From Bacillota bacterium (GTDB taxonomy: Bacteria > Bacillota > Bacilli > Bu12): DNA of 64,000 nt. The stretch is taken from positions 28,800 to 92,799 of the forward strand of contig JADBKH010000009.1 of assembly GCA_014896485.1 (NCBI GenBank), in the 5' to 3' direction. The notes below the pieces were generated by a model. That model was not told the origin of the DNA and ran no database searches. It was given only the letters and a program-made list of their open reading frames with translations. The position numbers and the translations under genes were made by a program. Shown piece after piece: positions 17,368 to 26,530 of the stretch (its first letter is position 1; every line of letters starts with the position of its first letter).

Positions 17368-18752
17368 TCCGAGACACGCAGAGGGGCTTCTGTCAGTGAC
17401 TGGATCTCTTCGACGGAAAAACCGGGGGCGATCTCTTCGACAAGCATGCCTGCGGGATCGATGCGAACGACCGCCAAATCGGTGACTACGGTTTGGACAC
17501 ACCGTTGTCCGGTCAGGGGGTAGGTACAGCGGCGGAGCAGTTTGGGTTGCCCATTTTTATCTGTATGTTCCATAATCACGAGGATCTCGCTGCCGCCAGC
17601 TACCAGATCCATCGCACCGCCCACACCGCCGCCGGCCATCTCCGGCATGGTCCAGTTGGCCAGGTTGCCTTCGGCATCGACTTGAAAACCGCCCAGCAGT
17701 ACCGTCTGCACATGACCACCACGGGCCATCTCAAAAGCCGCGACTGAATCAAAAAAGGAAGCCCCTGGCTGCAGGGAGACGAGCTGACCCCCTGCGTTGT
17801 ACAGATCCGGATCGGCCGTTTCCATTGCCTGGATGGGGCCGTATCCGAGAATTCCATTCTCGGCATGAAGGATAATGTCCCGATCAAAGAGAAAATCGGA
17901 GACGAGCGTAGGAATACCGATGCCGAGATTGACGTAAGTCCCATCTTTGAGCAGTTGTGCCGCTTTGAAAGCCATCATTTCGCGTGTCAGTGCCGGTTTT
18001 CCCAGGTAGGTACGAGGCTGATCGGTCGGCCGATTCTCCTTGCCGATCGTCATCTGTGCAACCATCTCGGGCGTAATTGCAAGGCCGACATGGGAAGCAA
18101 CCACGCGGTCGACAAAGATGCCCGGTAAATCGACACGATCCGGAGGGATTTCGCCGGCTGCGACAATCGTGTCAGCTTCGACGATCGTGATGCGCGCTGC
18201 CTTGGCAAAACTCGGTCCAAAGTTTTGGCTGCCGCCAAAAAAAGCAGCATTGCCCAACGTGTCGGCCATCTGCGCCCGCACAAAAGCGTAATCCGGTTTC
18301 AACGCCTTCTCCAGCAGGTAAGTTCGGCCCTTAAATGTCCGTGCCTCTTTACCTTCGGCTACCGGTGTTCCGACACCGACCGGGGTATAAAAGGCAGGCA
18401 GGCCAGCCCCTGCAGCACGCAGGCGTTCAACCAGGGTACCTTGTGGAACCAGCTCAAAGCTCATCTTCCCTCGGGCGATTTGCTCCTCAGCTGCGCTATG
18501 CACCCCGGCAAGGGTCGAGAAGGCAGCGATGAGATGTCGGATCTGGTGATTTTCCGCAAGGATTTGCGGGGAGAGGGGACCGACACCCAACACATTACAG
18601 ATGATTGTCAACGATTGTGTTCCCTGATCACAAAGGGCGCGGATAAGATCGGAAGGCCAGCGATGCGGTACGCCGAAACCGGCGATCGCGACCGAAGCAA
18701 ATGGGGCGATGTCTGCAACCGCTTCTTGGGCAGAAGAAAAGGTTTTATTCAT
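17346..18752 (-). CDS. 3-oxoacid CoA-transferase with subunits A and B fused in one polypeptide (ScoA-ScoB / AtoD-AtoA fusion)
   Basis: N-terminal half 'MNKTFSSAQEAVADIAPFASVAIAGFG' is subunit A-like. C-terminal half '...LKDGTYVNLGIGIPTLVSDF...NGILGYGP...' is subunit B-like. Both lie in one frame with no stop between. Start is ATG 18752; the 94-aa N-terminal extension of the track ORF is rejected. Confidence 0.85.
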   Translation of the reverse strand: MNKTFSSAQEAVADIAPFASVAIAGFGVPHRWPSDLIRALCDQGTQSLTIICNVLGVGPLSPQILAENHQIRHLIAAFSTLAGVHSAAEEQIARGKMSFELVPQGTLVERLRAAGAGLPAFYTPVGVGTPVAEGKEARTFKGRTYLLEKALKPDYAFVRAQMADTLGNAAFFGGSQNFGPSFAKAARITIVEADTIVAAGEIPPDRVDLPGIFVDRVVASHVGLAITPEMVAQMTIGKENRPTDQPRTYLGKPALTREMMAFKAAQLLKDGTYVNLGIGIPTLVSDFLFDRDIILHAENGILGYGPIQAMETADPDLYNAGGQLVSLQPGASFFDSVAAFEMARGGHVQTVLLGGFQVDAEGNLANWTMPEMAGGGVGGAMDLVAGGSEILVIMEHTDKNGQPKLLRRCTYPLTGQRCVQTVVTDLAVVRIDPAGMLVEEIAPGFSVEEIQSLTEAPLRVSDHVRPMF

Positions 18753-18775
18753 AATGGTGAAATGATACAACAAAA

Positions 18776-19765
18776 TTACCAAACCAGCAACATACTGGCC
18801 CACGTTAGGCCTGCTCCGAAACCGCTGAGCAGCAGGCGGTCTCCTGGATGGATGCGTCCCTGCTCTTGTGCCTCTTTGAGGGCAAGGGGAATCGAGGCTG
18901 ACGAGGTGTTGGCATACCGATCGATGTTGACAAAGCACTTCGAACTGGGAATGCCGATTCGATCGGCAATGGTACTGATCAGACGACCGTTGGCCTGATG
19001 AGCGACAAACAGATCGATGTCGTCGATCGTCCATTGGGCGTCCCGCAACACCGCAAGTGCACTTTCCGGTACGACGCGGCTGCCAAAACGGTAGACTTCA
19101 TGGCCATCCATATGCAAAAATTGTGCTCCTTCGAGCAGCCCTTCGGGTGTAGGTGGGCGCCGCGAGCCGCTCATGGGAATGCAGAGGGCAGAGGCGCCTG
19201 CCCCATCGGAGCCGAAATCAAAGGCGTGGATACCCTGCAAGGGAGATTGGGCAGGGGTGAGCAGGGCAGCCCCAGCACCGTCACCGAAAAGAACGCAGGT
19301 GTTGCGATCTTTCCAGTTGACGACTCGTGAGAGCGTCTCTGCACCAATCACCAAAACCGAGCGACAACTGCCGGAGACGATGAACTGCGCTGCAGTGATC
19401 AGCCCATACAAAAATCCGCTGCATCCTGCAGAAAGATCAAAAGCAGCCGCGTGGGTCGCCCCGATGCGTTCCTGGACCAAAGAAGCGGTTGCGGGCGTAG
19501 CCATGTCTGGCGTAACCGTACAGACGATGATCAAATCGATGGCGTCGGCGGCCACACCCGACTCTCTCAGGGCCTCGTTGGCAGCCTGTACTGCGAGATC
19601 AGAGGTAGCCTGTTCCGCTTCCAATAGATGGCGCTGCACGATTCCAGTGTGGGAACGGATCCAACTGTCGGAGGTCTCCAGATGTTTGGCCAGTTCATCG
19701 TTGGTGACCGTGCGACTTGGAACAGCGGCACCCAAACCCAGGATGCGAACAGCAAGAGGAGACAA
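18776..19765 (-). CDS. fabH: 3-oxoacyl-ACP synthase III
   Basis: Cys-His-Asn catalytic triad context (AGCSGFLYGL, AHQANGRLI, NIDRYANTSSASIP) and 'GFGAGLTWAS' C-terminus. TTG start. Confidence 0.9.
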   Translation of the reverse strand: MSPLAVRILGLGAAVPSRTVTNDELAKHLETSDSWIRSHTGIVQRHLLEAEQATSDLAVQAANEALRESGVAADAIDLIIVCTVTPDMATPATASLVQERIGATHAAAFDLSAGCSGFLYGLITAAQFIVSGSCRSVLVIGAETLSRVVNWKDRNTCVLFGDGAGAALLTPAQSPLQGIHAFDFGSDGAGASALCIPMSGSRRPPTPEGLLEGAQFLHMDGHEVYRFGSRVVPESALAVLRDAQWTIDDIDLFVAHQANGRLISTIADRIGIPSSKCFVNIDRYANTSSASIPLALKEAQEQGRIHPGDRLLLSGFGAGLTWASMLLVW

Positions 19766-19783
19766 TGCGATCTATCCCTTCTA

Positions 19784-19795
19784 TTGAATATTCAA
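19784..19795. promoter_or_regulatory. 12-bp perfect palindrome TTGAATATTCAA between the fabH promoter region and its ribosome-binding site
   Basis: Seen directly in the sequence; candidate operator. It does not match any regulator box I can name with confidence. Confidence 0.3.
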
Positions 19796-20113
19796 TCGTG
19801 CCCTTACGTAAGGTAGAGATATAGCATCAGATATTATAACCAAGCATCAAGTGTTGGATCAAATACAGGGCCCCAGTGGACAACAGCACCCAGTGCCTTG
19901 GGATATTTGGAACGGCTGTATGATGGCCCCAGCAAAACGGAGAGAAAGAATCCCTGCGGCTGGTTGAGAGAGCTTTGCACAGCTGCATACATAAAAAAGA
20001 ATATTTTTGACAAAATGCGTCGCTGGAAGAAGTTTGCAAAGTCGGGAGAGCTGCTTCATACTAACTGTGAAGTTTAGAAGAGTATAATTACTTTTAATAA
20101 GGGGGAATGGCAA

Positions 20114-21079
20114 GTGGCGATCGATATTGAAGCGGAACGGGTCGTCGAACGCGCTTCCTTCCGGGAAATGCGAACCGTCGATGTCAACGACGTCATCGAA
20201 TACGTACATGCAGGTATTCAACAATGGCCTACCTCGCGTGATCTTTATGACAAGTACGCGATCCAACGCTGGAATGTGCAGGAGCTGGATTTTACCCAGG
20301 ACCGCATCGACTGGGAAACCAAGTTGAGCAATGATGAGAAAGAAGCCTTCCTTTATGTCGCGACAGGATTTCACCATGGCGAAAGGCAAGTCGAAGTCGA
20401 TCTATGGCCCGAATTTATGGCCATCGACAACGATGAGGACAAGATCTTTTTGACCAGCCAGATGGAAGATGAGGCCCGCCACACGATCTTTTTTGACCGC
20501 TTTTACCGGGAAGTCGTCGGATACGATGGCGAGGGGATTCGGGGGGTACTGCATCAATCGTACGCACATGCCACACCAGGGTTGGTGGGTGCTTTTGCCT
20601 ATCTGACGCATTTGGGCGATCGGATCCGCCAAAATCCAGAAGACAGGCATACATTGGTCGAATTCATCGCCGCCTACCACCTGTGGATCGAAGGCGTCGG
20701 TGCGTTGACCGTGATGCAGACCACACTCAACTTTTGTCGCAGGCGGGGTGTTCTTCCGGGATACTACCAAGGCTTTAACGCGACCACACGAGATGAATCC
20801 CGCCACGTGCAATTCGGTACCTCAGTTTTGCACCGCATGCTCCACGAAGATCCGACTTATGTGGAAGATATCAACCGGGCACTGCGGGTCAATTTGGCCA
20901 TCAGCTCTGTGGCGGCTTTTCGCGTACAGTACGAACCGCTCGGTTATACCGAAGAAGAGTTTCAGGGAATTTTTATGAACCAACTGATGCGCAAGACACG
21001 CGCGATCGGTCTAGAGTTACCGCAGGATATCCTAGAAGCGGCTCAAAATGTGCGGCCTGAGGCCTTTGGAGGGGGATAA
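20114..21079 (+). CDS. R2-like ligand-binding oxidase (R2lox; ribonucleotide-reductase-beta-like ferritin-fold Mn/Fe protein)
   Basis: Ferritin-like di-metal carboxylate motifs 'EDEARH' and 'DESRH' with an R2lox-type topology; about 320 aa. GTG start; sigma-A-like TATAAT at about 20084. Confidence 0.75.
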   Translation: MAIDIEAERVVERASFREMRTVDVNDVIEYVHAGIQQWPTSRDLYDKYAIQRWNVQELDFTQDRIDWETKLSNDEKEAFLYVATGFHHGERQVEVDLWPEFMAIDNDEDKIFLTSQMEDEARHTIFFDRFYREVVGYDGEGIRGVLHQSYAHATPGLVGAFAYLTHLGDRIRQNPEDRHTLVEFIAAYHLWIEGVGALTVMQTTLNFCRRRGVLPGYYQGFNATTRDESRHVQFGTSVLHRMLHEDPTYVEDINRALRVNLAISSVAAFRVQYEPLGYTEEEFQGIFMNQLMRKTRAIGLELPQDILEAAQNVRPEAFGGG

Positions 21080-21132
21080 GTCGATCCGAGGAAACACGGG
21101 TATAACGAAAATCCAAAGAAAAGGAGAACAAA

Positions 21133-21609
21133 ATGGCTGAAGAGCTTTTTAGTGAGGCGTGGCTACATGAATTTGTGCGCAATGGCAACAACGGCCCCAC
21201 AGCACGTGAGCGAGAAGAGAAGCTACCAAATTACTGGGAAGCCGTTGCAAAACAAGGCGCTACGTACAATTTCCCAACGGGATTGATCCTGAAGGCTGAG
21301 CCGGCAAAAGGTTATCCGCAACCACTGGCAGCCCTACTTCCTTTTCAACAGGGCCGCGTAATCGGGGAGCGATTGTGTTCGGTACAAGAAGCAAGCCAGC
21401 AGGAAATGGTCATCCAGATCGCTCCTTCTGTCTACGAGCGCGTCAATGCCGGAGAAGAAGAGATTGGGGAAGCGATGATGTATCGTGATCTCTTGCTCGC
21501 GAAGGGGGACGTTGCGACCTTTTTCTTGTGTTCCTACTTTATTCAGGAGTGGTTCGGCTTTGCGATGCGGCGGACCGCATTTCGTCTACCCGCGATGCAG
21601 ACCGCTTGA
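21133..21609 (+). CDS. SCP2 (sterol-carrier-protein-2)-like lipid-binding domain protein
   Basis: C-terminal 'IGEAMMYRDLLLAKGDVATFFLCSYF' fits the SCP2 C-terminal helix pattern. 55 nt downstream of R2lox and ahead of a shared terminator. Confidence 0.5.
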   Translation: MAEELFSEAWLHEFVRNGNNGPTAREREEKLPNYWEAVAKQGATYNFPTGLILKAEPAKGYPQPLAALLPFQQGRVIGERLCSVQEASQQEMVIQIAPSVYERVNAGEEEIGEAMMYRDLLLAKGDVATFFLCSYFIQEWFGFAMRRTAFRLPAMQTA

Positions 21610-21625
21610 CCCTCGTTTTGCAAAC

Positions 21626-21656
21626 TCAAAAAGCGCAGCAAATGCTGCGCTTTTGC
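21626..21656. terminator. bidirectional rho-independent terminator
   Basis: AAAAAGCGCAGCA-AAT-GCTGCGCTTTTT, a perfect hairpin with A/T runs on both sides. Serves the SCP2-like gene (+) and the HTH gene (-). Confidence 0.75.
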
Positions 21657-21688
21657 GTTTCGCAAAAGTGCAGATCGGTCCGCGGGAG

Positions 21689-22015
21689 TTAAAGGGCAAT
21701 GGACATCCTGCCTTGCGGTGGCCAAGGGGCACCCTCTTTGCTGAAGGAGGGTGGTTTTTCTGCTTCAGCTGCAAAGACGGCCTGCGCTCGGGTACCATAC
21801 AACGCTTGCGTCTCCTGTCTGGCGTCCTCCAACTCCCATTGGTTTAACAGGCGGTGCAATGCAGTGCGTGAGATGCCAAAATAGTCAGCGATCGCGACTT
21901 TGCTGGCATTTAACCGCCGCGCAGCCAGGTAATTGGTCCGACTGATATGTTTCGGAATATGGGCAGCATAGAGCGTTTTTAACTGATACAGACGTTCACT
22001 GTCGGCAGCAATCAT
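21689..22015 (-). CDS. small helix-turn-helix DNA-binding protein (sigma-70 region-4 / resolvase-type HTH)
   Basis: 'YLAARRLNASKVAIADYFGISRTALHRLL' is an HTH. Start refined to MIAADS with a GGAGGAGG Shine-Dalgarno. Confidence 0.55.
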   Translation of the reverse strand: MIAADSERLYQLKTLYAAHIPKHISRTNYLAARRLNASKVAIADYFGISRTALHRLLNQWELEDARQETQALYGTRAQAVFAAEAEKPPSFSKEGAPWPPQGRMSIAL

Positions 22016-22234
22016 CGTTCTGCCTCCTCCATATGAGGACTTCCTCAACTACAAATAGATTACGCATGTTGGGCGTCAATGTAACTCGGTTGGACGATGC
22101 ATTTTGATATCGGAAGAATACCTGAGGGAAAAGCAGGGGGAGAAGAAGCAAGGGTGTCTGGAAAAAGGGTGGGCACTCGCTTCGCACTATTGTATAGTAG
22201 AAGATGCTGTAAGCCGTGGGAGGAGGCAGAGAGG

Positions 22235-22576
22235 ATGTTAGACTCGGCATGGGCGCTGTGTCCACGCTTTGAAGAAGGTTTTGCGCTTCTAGGCAAACGC
22301 TGGACCGGTGTCATCATTGAGACATTACTGGCTGGCCGCTGCCGCTTTTCAGATATCTTGAGCGCTGTCCCCCATCTCAGCGATCGGATGCTTTCGGAAC
22401 GATTACGGGAACTGGAACAAGCCGGCATTGTACAGCGATGTGTCTATCCTGAAAGTCCAGTGCGTATCGAATATCATCTGACAGAGAAAGGGAAAGGTCT
22501 CGCACCTGTAATGGAAGCAGTGCACCATTGGGCTGACCAATGGATAGAGCCCACCGAATCATGCAATCAGCCTTAA
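22235..22576 (+). CDS. HxlR-family (MarR-like, DUF24) transcriptional regulator
   Basis: 'CPRFEEGFALLGKRWTGVIIETLLAGRCRFSDILSAVPHLSDRMLSERLRELEQAGIV' is the HxlR signature. Start refined from the track ORF 22097. Confidence 0.8.
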   Translation: MLDSAWALCPRFEEGFALLGKRWTGVIIETLLAGRCRFSDILSAVPHLSDRMLSERLRELEQAGIVQRCVYPESPVRIEYHLTEKGKGLAPVMEAVHHWADQWIEPTESCNQP

Positions 22577-22633
22577 GGAAAGAGAGCAAAACGGAGCGCG
22601 CATCTGCAGCGCCCCGCTCTTTGTCTTACAAAA

Positions 22634-22828
22634 TTATTCGACGCGCTCTTTGACAGCCGCTTTTTCCTTCTCCCCTTTTTCATCTTCAATGGCTTCGTTC
22701 CCAGCATTGCGAAACTCATGGATGGTTTGCCCAACCGCTTTACCCAATTGGGGAAGTTTGCTCGGCCCAAAAAGCAGCAGGGCAATCACCAGGATAAGGA
22801 CCAAACCGCCAATCCCGATGTTCGGCAT
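22634..22828 (-). CDS. tatA: twin-arginine translocase subunit TatA/E
   Basis: 'MPNIGIGGLVLILVIALLLFGPSKLPQLGKAVGQTIHEFRNA' is the canonical TatA transmembrane helix plus amphipathic helix. No tatC in this window. Confidence 0.85.
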   Translation of the reverse strand: MPNIGIGGLVLILVIALLLFGPSKLPQLGKAVGQTIHEFRNAGNEAIEDEKGEKEKAAVKERVE

Positions 22829-22879
22829 TGAGCAGCACTCCTTTCAGATATCCTTATTTTCCTCCCGATTCGCTTGTAA

Positions 22880-22915
22880 TACAAGAGGAGGAGCTTCCCC
22901 CGTGCTATGATACCT
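22880..22915 (+). promoter_or_regulatory. putative sigma-A promoter with an extended -10 (TGcTATGAT) for the ABC-2 transporter operon
   Basis: TTGTAA...(spacer)...GTGCTATGATAC about 80 nt upstream of the GTG start. Confidence 0.35.
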
Positions 22916-22994
22916 GTGCCAGCAGCAAAGGGCAGTAAGGGGGAAGACCATTTCGACGCAGATACAGGAGGTTCTTCACAGAGGGGAAACCGAT

Positions 22995-23940
22995 GTGGTG
23001 TTGTCCACCGATCACGTAGGACGTCGTTTCAAGCAGCGAGAAGCTGTCCACGATATCAGCCTTAACGTATATGCGGGCGAATTCTTCGGATTGCTCGGTC
23101 CCAATGGTGCGGGAAAATCAACACTGCTCAAGATATGGACTACCCTGCTTCCCCCGACGTCTGGCCGTGCTTTTGTCGACGGGTACGATGTGGTGCATCA
23201 AAAGGCGGAAGTACGTCGACACATTGGGGTGGTCTTTCAGGAGAGTATCCTCGACGATCAACTGACTGCAGCGGAGAACCTTCGCTTTCACGCTCTAGTG
23301 TATGGTCTTCCTGTTGCCCTGCGGGCAAAACGCATGGCCGAAGTGCTTCAGTTGGTTGGGCTGGCCGATCGGGCCCGAGATCGGGTCCGCACGTTTTCCG
23401 GAGGCATGCGCCGCCGCCTAGAGATCGCACGGGGACTCTTACATACGCCTCGTCTTCTCTTTTTGGAAGAACCGACTGTCGGTTTGGACCCGACGACACG
23501 TGCGCAGATCTGGTCCTATACGAGCACCTTCGCAAGACAGAGGGACTGACGGTGATCCCTTACGACGCATCCCCTGGAAGAAGCCGAGAGGTGCAGTCGC
23601 GTGGCGCTGATGGAAGAAGACCGTTTGGTCGTCTCGGATACGCCCGAGTGCCTTCGATCAGCCATGGGGAGCGACGTGATTACCCTTACGCTTCGTAGCA
23701 GCACAACCAGTTCCGCAGCTGCTCAGATCGCGCGGGTAGAGGGCGTGACAGATGTAGCGGAGGAATCTGGTCGATTGCGCCTAACGGTGCAGGACGGGGC
23801 AAGCTTTCTGCCAAAATTGTTGGGGAATGCTGCAGGGGGAAGTCGAGAGGGTAGAGATGCATCGGCCGACGCTCGAGGATGTTTTTCAGCATTACACGGG
23901 AAAAAGCCTGAAAGGGGCGAAAAAGACAAGGGATGCATAG
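22995..23940 (+). pseudogene. ABC-2-type transporter ATP-binding protein disrupted by three frameshifts
   Basis: Frame A (Walker A GPNGAGKST, LSGGMRRRLEIA signature) stops at 23549. The next residues 'LYEHLRKTEGLTVI' are in the +2 frame. Frame A resumes with 'LTTHPLEEAERCSRVALMEEDRLVVSDTPE...'. The C-terminal 'VERVEMHRPTLEDVFQHYTGKSL' is in a third frame and ends at 23940. Confidence 0.75.
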
Positions 23941-24715
23941 CCCGGCAGTCCCTCGGTGGCAAGTCGAACTGTCCGCTGTCTACGTATTGTGGCTGCGTGA
24001 GATGTTGCACCTTGTCCGGCAGCCTGTCGAACTTGCCGTCTCTTTCGTACAGCCAGCGATCTTCCTGATCGTATTCGGTTTGGGAGTGGGGAAATTCTTT
24101 CAACTTCCACAGGCATCGGTAAGCTACGGCGCCTACCTGTTCAGCGGACTGATGGCGATCAACGTGTTGTTTACGGCTTTGGCATCGGGCAGTACCGTCA
24201 CAGAAGATCGCCGGGCAGGTTTTTTGCGAGAGATCGTGGTCGCTCCTGTCAGTCGCTTTGCCGTCGTAGGTGGGAAGGCGCTGGCGGGCACAACCTCCGG
24301 ATTGGTGCAAGGCCTGATCGTACTTTGCTTTGCACCGTTGGTGAAAGTGCACTGCTCATTTTTTCATGGTCTTGCTGCGGTGGGTATCTTGGTGCTTTTG
24401 GGATTTGCGTTGGCCTGTTTGGGCATCTTGCTGGGCGTTCGACTGCGTTCCTCACAGGCATTTACCTTGTTGATGAACTTTGTGATGATGCCGCTCACCT
24501 TTCTCTCCGGTGCCTTCTTTCCATTGTCGCCCCTCCCTGGCTGGTTCCAAGCGGTAGCACGCGTCGATCCGCTGGCATACGGGGTAGATGCGCTCAACGC
24601 CTTGCTTCTGAACACACATCTGTTTTCGTTCCAAAGCGATCTTGCTGTCTTGATCGCGATAGCAGTGCTTTTTGCAAGCTTGGCCGCAGTGCTTTTTCGC
24701 AGCGAAGAGACATAG
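23933..24715 (+). CDS. ABC-2-family transporter permease
   Basis: Six-transmembrane ABC-2 permease pattern; start overlaps the end of the ATPase. Confidence 0.8.
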   Translation: MHSPAVPRWQVELSAVYVLWLREMLHLVRQPVELAVSFVQPAIFLIVFGLGVGKFFQLPQASVSYGAYLFSGLMAINVLFTALASGSTVTEDRRAGFLREIVVAPVSRFAVVGGKALAGTTSGLVQGLIVLCFAPLVKVHCSFFHGLAAVGILVLLGFALACLGILLGVRLRSSQAFTLLMNFVMMPLTFLSGAFFPLSPLPGWFQAVARVDPLAYGVDALNALLLNTHLFSFQSDLAVLIAIAVLFASLAAVLFRSEET

Positions 24716-24758
24716 TCGCAATACGGTGAAACGATAAAGGACAACCCAGGAGGAAGCG

Positions 24759-26456
24759 ATGGACCAAGAAGAGGTGCTGCGCGAGCAATCGGGGTATCGG
24801 AAGCGTTATTCGGAAGGGGAGGGATTTCCGCAGTCGGTCGCATCCGGTGACCCAACGCACAGCGGGGCGGTGCTGTGGACGCGCGTCGATCCGACCATTG
24901 CCGAAGGTATCGCTGGAACAATCCTGGATCAGAAGCGGGTCTGGTGGACGATCGCAGCACGCAAGCAAATCCCCGATAGGCGCGCGGTGCAAAGGGTGGC
25001 CGAGGGGAAAGCCGTTTGCCTCGAAGTAGCACTCGATCCTTCTTTTCAGCAAGTGGTGTTGCGTGGTTTTGCCCCCATTTGGGCCGACTGTGACCATGTC
25101 GTACAGGTGGATACGGACGGCTTGTTGCAGGGGCGGCAACATTACTGGTATCGCTTTATCACCAAAGATGGCCATGTTAGCAAAACGGGCCATTTTCGTA
25201 CGCTCCCTGCCCCAGGAGAAGCGATCGAGAGGTTACGTATTGGCCAGTTGACCTGTCAGGATTACACACTCGGCTATTTTTCTGCGCTGCGTTTTTTGGC
25301 AGAAGAGGAGGTAGACTTTTTCATCCATCTCGGCGATTACATCTATGAGACACCCGGGCAGCCTGAGGATCCGGGTTACCTACGCGGTGTCTCCCTGCCG
25401 GATAGCGATAAGGCGGCCCACACGTTAGAGGATTATCGCACCCTTTACCGAACTTACCGCAGTGATCCCGATCTGCAGCGGTTGCACGAGCGTCATGCGA
25501 TGATCGCCATCTGGGATGACCACGAGTACGCCAACGATTGCTACGGCAGTGTGGCCCCGGACGATACTCCCACCGCCGACGCCGATCGCCGCAGTGCGGC
25601 CAATCGGGCCTGGCATGAGTACATCCCTGCCCGGGTGCAGTACGATTCGACAGCGCCGCGTGGGATGCGTCTTCAGCTCTATCGAGCCTGGACAATCGGA
25701 GATCTGGCGACATTGGCGATTACCGATGAACGGCTCTACCGCTCCTCCCACCCTTGTGGCGAAGGTCTGGTAGGAGAGCGCATCTTCAGCAAGGGTTGTC
25801 CTCGGCAGTTCGCACCGCAGCAGACGATGCTCGGTGAACAGCAGCGCGCGTGGTTCCTCGATTTGCTCACCAGGGCAACGACCTCTTGGAAGCTGTGGGC
25901 CAATGAGGTTCAGCTGGTTCCTTTGCGCCTCTTTCGACGTTTTTTGCACATGGATGCGTGGGACGGATTTGCCGGCGAGCGACGCCTGCTTTTGGAGGAA
26001 CTTTCCCAACGGGATCTCTCCGGATTGATCGTTTTAAGTGGCGACTTGCATGCCTTTGAAGTCAATCGAATCGATAAGACAACCGACTCCAAGCAGCCTT
26101 TGGGCGTCGAGCTGATGGTCGGATCGACAACGTCGCGAACTTTCTCAGAGAGCTTGGATGGGTGGCTTTCCAAGAAAGCGCGTCCGTCTCAACGATTGGG
26201 TATCCATGCACTTTTGCCGATCGTGCGGATGTTTTTCCGTCAAGAAAATCCTGCCATCGCCGCCATCGATGCCAAGCACCACGGCTATGCCATCCTGACA
26301 CTTGCGCATGAAACTGCTGAATGGCAGGCAAAGATCGTCAGCAACCTCCATGATCCTGACGCAAGTTGTCTACCCCTCTGGCACGTGCGGCTGCCGGGAA
26401 CCGACGGGAAATTCGATCTTCAGCTGCTACACGATAGGCAGCGTTTTGTCATATAA
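24759..26456 (+). CDS. PhoD-like alkaline phosphatase/phosphodiesterase (metallophosphatase), no signal peptide
   Basis: 'FPQSVASGDPTHSGAVLWTRVDP' is the PhoD N-terminal domain, followed by calcineurin-like metallophosphatase motifs (GDYIYE, WDDHEY). Only 20 residues precede the mature-domain motif, with no RR or hydrophobic segment. Confidence 0.85.
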   Translation: MDQEEVLREQSGYRKRYSEGEGFPQSVASGDPTHSGAVLWTRVDPTIAEGIAGTILDQKRVWWTIAARKQIPDRRAVQRVAEGKAVCLEVALDPSFQQVVLRGFAPIWADCDHVVQVDTDGLLQGRQHYWYRFITKDGHVSKTGHFRTLPAPGEAIERLRIGQLTCQDYTLGYFSALRFLAEEEVDFFIHLGDYIYETPGQPEDPGYLRGVSLPDSDKAAHTLEDYRTLYRTYRSDPDLQRLHERHAMIAIWDDHEYANDCYGSVAPDDTPTADADRRSAANRAWHEYIPARVQYDSTAPRGMRLQLYRAWTIGDLATLAITDERLYRSSHPCGEGLVGERIFSKGCPRQFAPQQTMLGEQQRAWFLDLLTRATTSWKLWANEVQLVPLRLFRRFLHMDAWDGFAGERRLLLEELSQRDLSGLIVLSGDLHAFEVNRIDKTTDSKQPLGVELMVGSTTSRTFSESLDGWLSKKARPSQRLGIHALLPIVRMFFRQENPAIAAIDAKHHGYAILTLAHETAEWQAKIVSNLHDPDASCLPLWHVRLPGTDGKFDLQLLHDRQRFVI

Positions 26457-26530
26457 GAGGTCCGGGCGCTCGCAACTGTCCCAAAAGTGCGGTACTCTTT
26501 TCTCGAGGCGTGAACCAAGGGAGGTCGCGG

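Noticed and set aside
18753-19034. 94-residue N-terminal extension of the fused CoA-transferase ORF, which would overlap fabH
   Set aside because: The extension is Arg/Ser/Cys-rich nonsense lying inside fabH on the same strand in another frame. The homologous ScoA N-terminus begins at ATG 18752.
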